Shown here: piece by piece, positions 60,105 through 64,000 of the stretch
Numbering within the stretch: the first letter of the stretch is position 1
Layout of the letters: the number at the start of each line of letters is the position of its first letter
From: a virus
Lineage: Duplodnaviria; Heunggongvirae; Uroviricota; Caudoviricetes
Strand: one strand, 5' to 3'
Virus record (IMG/VR): IMGVR_UViG_3300028797_000094
Location: 102,524 to 166,523 of that record
DNA length: 64,000 nt
The notes under the pieces: generated by a model
Told to the model about the DNA's origin: nothing
The model's database searches: none
Seen by the model: only the letters and a program-made list of their open reading frames with translations
Position numbers and translations under genes: made by a program

Positions 60105-61976
60105 ATGGCAACAACAGTTAAAAAATATTTAGATCTTGAAGGTTTAGAAACCTTAGTCAGTGAAATTAAGTCTGAAGATGCTAAGAAGGTAGACAAATTA
60201 TCTAGTGATCAAACACATAGCTCTGCTTTATATAAAATTGCAACAAATGCACAAGGACAAGTTATTAGTGCAACTGCTGTTGCAAAAGCTGATATTACTG
60301 CTTTACAAATTCCTGGTGAAGATACAAACCAAAAAGTTAAAGCAGACAGTGTAACATTTGGTAATAATGATGTTATTGATATTGTTGGTGGAGATAATAT
60401 TAGTGTTACAGGACTTGCTTCTGGAACAGGCGCTCCAAAAATTACTATTGCTTATACTGGTGCTGCAACAGATCATAACCAAACAGTTAAATCTGGAAGT
60501 GTTACTTTTGGTGCAGATGAAATTATAAATATTAAAGCTGATACTACTTCAGGCAATCCAATTACTGTTACTGGTAATGCTACAAATAAAGAAATTACTA
60601 TTAAACATGGTACAACAACTGCTGCAAGTGCTGCTGCTGTTAAAGTAGGTAAAGATGAATGAGGTCATGTTGTTTTAGGTAGTCAAATTCAATATAGTGA
60701 AATTGGTGGAACTCCAACTATTGGTGATGCTACTTTAACTATTCAAGCTAATGGTACTTCTAAAGGCACATTTAAAGCTAATGCTACAACTGATGCAACT
60801 ATTAATATTACTGCTGCTGATTTAGGCTTAGAAAGTGCAATGCATTTCAAAGGTAAATTTGATAGTCTTCCTGCAGTTACTAATTATAGTGCTGGTGATG
60901 TAGTTCTTGTTGGTACAAAAGAATATGTATTAAATGAAGTTTCAGGAACTAAATCATGAGTTGAACTTGGCGATGAAGGCTCACATGCATTAAAGACTAT
61001 TACTATCACTGGTACTAATGGTTTAACAGGTGGTGGTACTTTAGAAGCAAATAGAACTATTTCACACAGTACTTATAATTCTGCTACTGCTGCTGCAATT
61101 GCAGTTGGTCGTGATGAATATGGTCATGTAGTAATTGGTTCTGCTTTAGGAACTGCTGATGCTGGTGCACATACACATACAGTTACTGGTTCAGTTTCTG
61201 TTGCTAATACAGTTACCGCTAAATCAGACAAATATCTAAAAGTTGCTACAACTAATAGTGATTCATTTGTTAAATCATATTCACCAACATCAAGTAAATT
61301 AGCTACAACTTCTATTGCTGGTGTAAGCGGTTCAACAACTGCTTCAAAAGCTACTGCTGGAACAGCTGTAGTTTATGGTACTGCTGATGTTGGTACTGCA
61401 GTTACTTATGGTACTGCTGATGTTGACACCGCTGTTACTTATGGTACAGCTGATCGTGCTTCTTCTGCTACAACAGTTATAACAGCTTGTTCTTTAAATG
61501 GAACTGCTTATTCTGCAAGTTATGATAGTACAAATAGTTGTTTAGAATTAACTGCTTTAACTCTTACAGCTACTCCAGGTAGTGTTTATGAAGCTGTTAA
61601 TTCAAATAAGACTTTAACTCCTGCAAAAGCTTCAACTAAGACTTTAACTCCTGCAAAAGCTGCTGATACAACTCGTACAATTACTCCATATACATTTTCT
61701 AATGTTACTGTTCCAGTTGCTGCTTCTGCAGTTACTGTTGCAACTGGTTCTTTAAGTGATAGTGGCTCTGGTGCAAGTGTAGTAACTGGTTTAGGAACTC
61801 CTACAACTGGAACTGCTATTGGTAGTGTTTCAATTAGTGCTGAAGCTTCATCAAGTACTGGTGCTGTAGCATTTGTTCAATCAATTACAACTGGTAGTAC
61901 AAGTGCTAATTTAGCTGATGGTACTGCTGTAAGTGCTGGTACTCATAGCCATACAGTTACTGGTGGTTCACTATAG
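60105..61976 (+). CDS. fibre-like protein with HxH motifs (GAHTHTVTG, GTHSHTVTG); paralog of 18078..19367; TGA=Trp
   Basis: Track ORF 60105..60662 continues in frame through TGA to TAG at 61974; shares sequence blocks with 18078..19367. Confidence 0.6.
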
Positions 61977-62048
61977 TAATTATTTAGCTTAGAAATAAAG
62001 TTAAAGCAATCTTAATAGGTTGCTTTTTCTTTTTATAACTTATTTTTA

Positions 62049-62060
62049 TTTGCTAAATTA
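62049..62060 (+). promoter_or_regulatory. late-promoter box TTTGCTAAATTA
   Basis: As above. Confidence 0.55.
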
Positions 62061-62086
62061 ATTGATTATAAAAAGGAGAAACATTT

Positions 62087-62512
62087 ATGCCAAGAATGCC
62101 CCAATATAGAAAAGATAGTGTTAGTGAACAATATATTATTATTCCACAAAATATACCTACTCCAACACCAACACCAGAGCCTACTCCAGTAATTGGTGCA
62201 TATATTTATTTTTATAATGATAGTTATATTCCTAAAGAAATTGATAATAATTGAGCAAAAAATGAAATAAATTATTCAATTAAAGATACTGGTATTAAGC
62301 ATACTTATAGTACTATAAAAGATTCATACCTTGCTTTTGCCTACCCAAGTGAATTAGGTGAATTAAAACATATTTATCAAAATAAAGCACTTTTTGATTT
62401 ATTAGATAATTTTGAAATGAGCCTTGTTGAAAAAGATGGTATGAAATATTATTTATATTGCTTTAAAGATATAATTATTGCTGGTACTGACGAATTTGAA
62501 TTTTTATGATAA
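62087..62512 (+). CDS. hypothetical late protein with PTPTPTPEPTP linker (TGA=Trp)
   Basis: Late box 62049-62060; RBS AAAGGAGAAAC; ends in TGATAA, so the C-terminal residue is uncertain. Confidence 0.45.
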
Positions 62513-62526
62513 AGGAGATTTAATAA

Positions 62527-62892
62527 ATGGCAACTTATGTAAGATTTGGTGCAGGATTTAATATTACTACAAACTCAGCAATTGATAAAAGATTTGTATT
62601 ATCAAAAGCAGAAATGAAAGTTGCAAATCCTAATGGTTTACCAACAGTTTATTTTGCACTTTGTACAGATGACAAAAAAATGTATGTATATGATAAAAAT
62701 TCAGAAGCTGATGATGTAACTGGAAAATATCATCCACTTGAAGAATATCTTGATTTTACTACAGAAAAAGCAGAAGAACAACTTAATGAAGTTTTAAGTA
62801 ATTCTGAAACAATAACTGATATTCAAGACAGCATTGATGCTTTGACTGAAGAGATTGAAGAAATTAAAATGGATGGTGGAGAAATTGAATAA
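62527..62892 (+). CDS. hypothetical late protein
   Basis: ORF in track; RBS AAAGGAGA. Confidence 0.5.
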   Translation: MATYVRFGAGFNITTNSAIDKRFVLSKAEMKVANPNGLPTVYFALCTDDKKMYVYDKNSEADDVTGKYHPLEEYLDFTTEKAEEQLNEVLSNSETITDIQDSIDALTEEIEEIKMDGGEIE

Positions 62893-62902
62893 TTTTTAAC
62901 TA

Positions 62903-62930
62903 AGAGAGACTTTTATAGTTTCTCTTTTTT
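62903..62930 (+). terminator. terminator AGAGAGACTTTTATAGTTTCTCTTTTTT
   Basis: Dyad plus T-run. Confidence 0.6.
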
Positions 62931-62933
62931 ATT

Positions 62934-62945
62934 TTTTGCTAAATT
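62934..62945 (+). promoter_or_regulatory. late-promoter box TTTGCTAAATTA
   Basis: As above. Confidence 0.55.
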
Positions 62946-62999
62946 ATATGATTTGAAATGATAATCAATAAAACTTCTTGAAATGATAGGAGAGCATCT

Positions 63000-63209
63000 A
63001 TGAAAAAACAAAATGCAGTGATCAAGACCGATTTGGCCGAAAATTGAGAAAAAGCAAAGAATTACATTCCAGATCAATTTACGATTATTGTATATGAGTA
63101 TGAGGATGCTTCTCCTAAGATAAAAATTGGGGACGGCATCCATACAGTTGGAGACCTTCCCTTTTTAATTTCTGAAAAAGAAGTTATTGATAGTACATTA
63201 ATTTTATAG
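63000..63209 (+). CDS. small protein with KIKIGDGxHTVGDLPF fibre-repeat motif (1 TGA=Trp)
   Basis: Late box 62934-62945; RBS TAGGAGAG. Confidence 0.45.
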
Positions 63210-63220
63210 GAGGACTAATA

Positions 63221-63526
63221 GTGGCAAATAAAATTTCATTAGTAAAAATTGATAGTAATTTTTATCCAATTACACTTCCTTATATTGAATGTAATGCTGC
63301 AGCTGATGCTGTAAATAAAGGTTCTTATACAGTATCTGGTTTTACTGTTGAAGCTGGCGCACAAATACAAGTAAATTTTAAAAATGATAATACGACAGGT
63401 GCACCAACAATTACAATAAATAGTGTTGGAAAAACAATTGTTGGTTATGGCGTTTTTGCTGGCTCATTATTTAGTGCTGGTATTTTAACATTAATATATG
63501 ATGGAACATATTGAGTTATAAAATAG
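63221..63526 (+). CDS. small late protein, paralog of 63538.. (GTG start, 1 TGA=Trp)
   Basis: RBS ATAGGAGGACTAATA-GTG; shares ALPY..C......K......V.F.N.NT.AP motif with the next gene. Confidence 0.45.
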
Positions 63527-63537
63527 GAGAATAAAAT

Positions 63538-64000
63538 ATGGCAAATATTCAAAAAATTAAAATAGGAAGTAATACATATTCTGTCGCTCTACCTTATGGT
63601 ACTTGCTCTACAGCAGTTGGAACTAAAGTTAAAGCAGTTTCAATTAACAACTATCCAACGAGTGGATATGCTGCTGGCGATCAAATTGTAGTTTATTTTG
63701 AAAACGGCAATACTAATAGTGCTCCTCAATTATCAATAAATAGTGGTACAGGTTTAAATGTTTTAGCTTATACTAATGCTGGTACAAATGCTACTAATTG
63801 GCGAGCTGAAGCTGTTATTCATTTTACATTTAATGGTACTGCTTGAGTTATTAATAGTATTGGAGCTTTTGATTCAGCAACATGCACAGTTGCAGGCGGT
63901 GGATTAAGTAAAGGTACTGCTACAGGTGGCGCTTTGACAAAAGGCACTGCATCAGGCGGTGGACTTTCTGGTGGTGGATTAACAAAAGGAGCAGGTGAAG
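63538..64000 (+). CDS. late protein with Gly-rich (GGGLSKGTATGG...) repeats; partial, runs off the window end (TGA=Trp)
   Basis: RBS ATAGGAGAATAAAAT-ATG; track ORF extends through TGA at 63844. Confidence 0.45.

Noticed and set aside
1-64000. Host simply uses genetic code 4 (Mycoplasma/Spiroplasma-type phage)
   Set aside because: Early and middle genes (~20 kb, including nrdD, ligase and a 371-aa protein with many Trp) contain no in-frame TGA and use TGG for Trp. A code-4 host would show TGA=Trp throughout.
1-64000. Prophage or integrative element
   Set aside because: No integrase, repressor, att-like direct repeats or host housekeeping genes. Gene organisation and temporal promoter classes fit a virulent phage.

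Overview
The window is an AT-rich, apparently lytic tailed-phage segment with no integrase, repressor, rRNA or CRISPR-cas genes. Genes sit in terminator-promoter cassettes and form three temporal modules that I can tell apart by promoter motif. (1) Positions 1-15100 are early genes: about 35 small plus-strand ORFs in the standard code, driven by six near-consensus sigma70-type promoters (TTTACA-N16/17-TGnTATAAT). Each of these promoters follows the same palindrome, TGAAARCGYTTTCA. (2) The middle/metabolic genes use an extended -10 box, TTATTGTATAAT. They include two GIY-YIG endonuclease-like genes, a SAM methyltransferase, an ATP-dependent DNA ligase, an SPFH/band-7 protein, the class III ribonucleotide reductase genes nrdD and nrdG with an FNT (FocA-like) channel gene between them, and an NPPY DNA adenine methyltransferase. 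(3) Late, structural and lysis genes sit downstream of a distinct conserved box, TTTGCTAAATTA. Many of them carry in-frame TGA codons that must be read as Trp. The clearest proof is a papain-family motif, QWIVQNSWGQNWGYDG, in which all three Trp are TGA. The supplied ORF track (standard code) therefore misses or fragments these genes. Rejoined under TGA=Trp they include a 626-aa protein (15155..17032), a 1596-aa minus-strand protein with a GH2 glycosidase domain (19434..24224), a 1181-aa tail-fibre-like protein, a 2417-aa protein ending in BspA-type leucine-rich repeats, an 892-aa Ig-repeat protein, two fibre paralogs with HxH motifs, and a lysis cassette (papain C1 peptidase plus membrane proteins). 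Early genes never use TGA for Trp (TGG only), so the recoding is specific to late genes. Other features: a GC-richer ~800-nt non-coding island (7300-8130) containing a tRNA-like gene with canonical D and T arms but an atypical anticodon arm, which is a candidate suppressor; and two GATC-rich arrays of ~90-130-bp hairpin units, each ending in TTTTAGTGGT (2630-2960 and 3935-4545). Coordinates of the rejoined TGA-containing genes were derived by hand and may be off by a few nucleotides.
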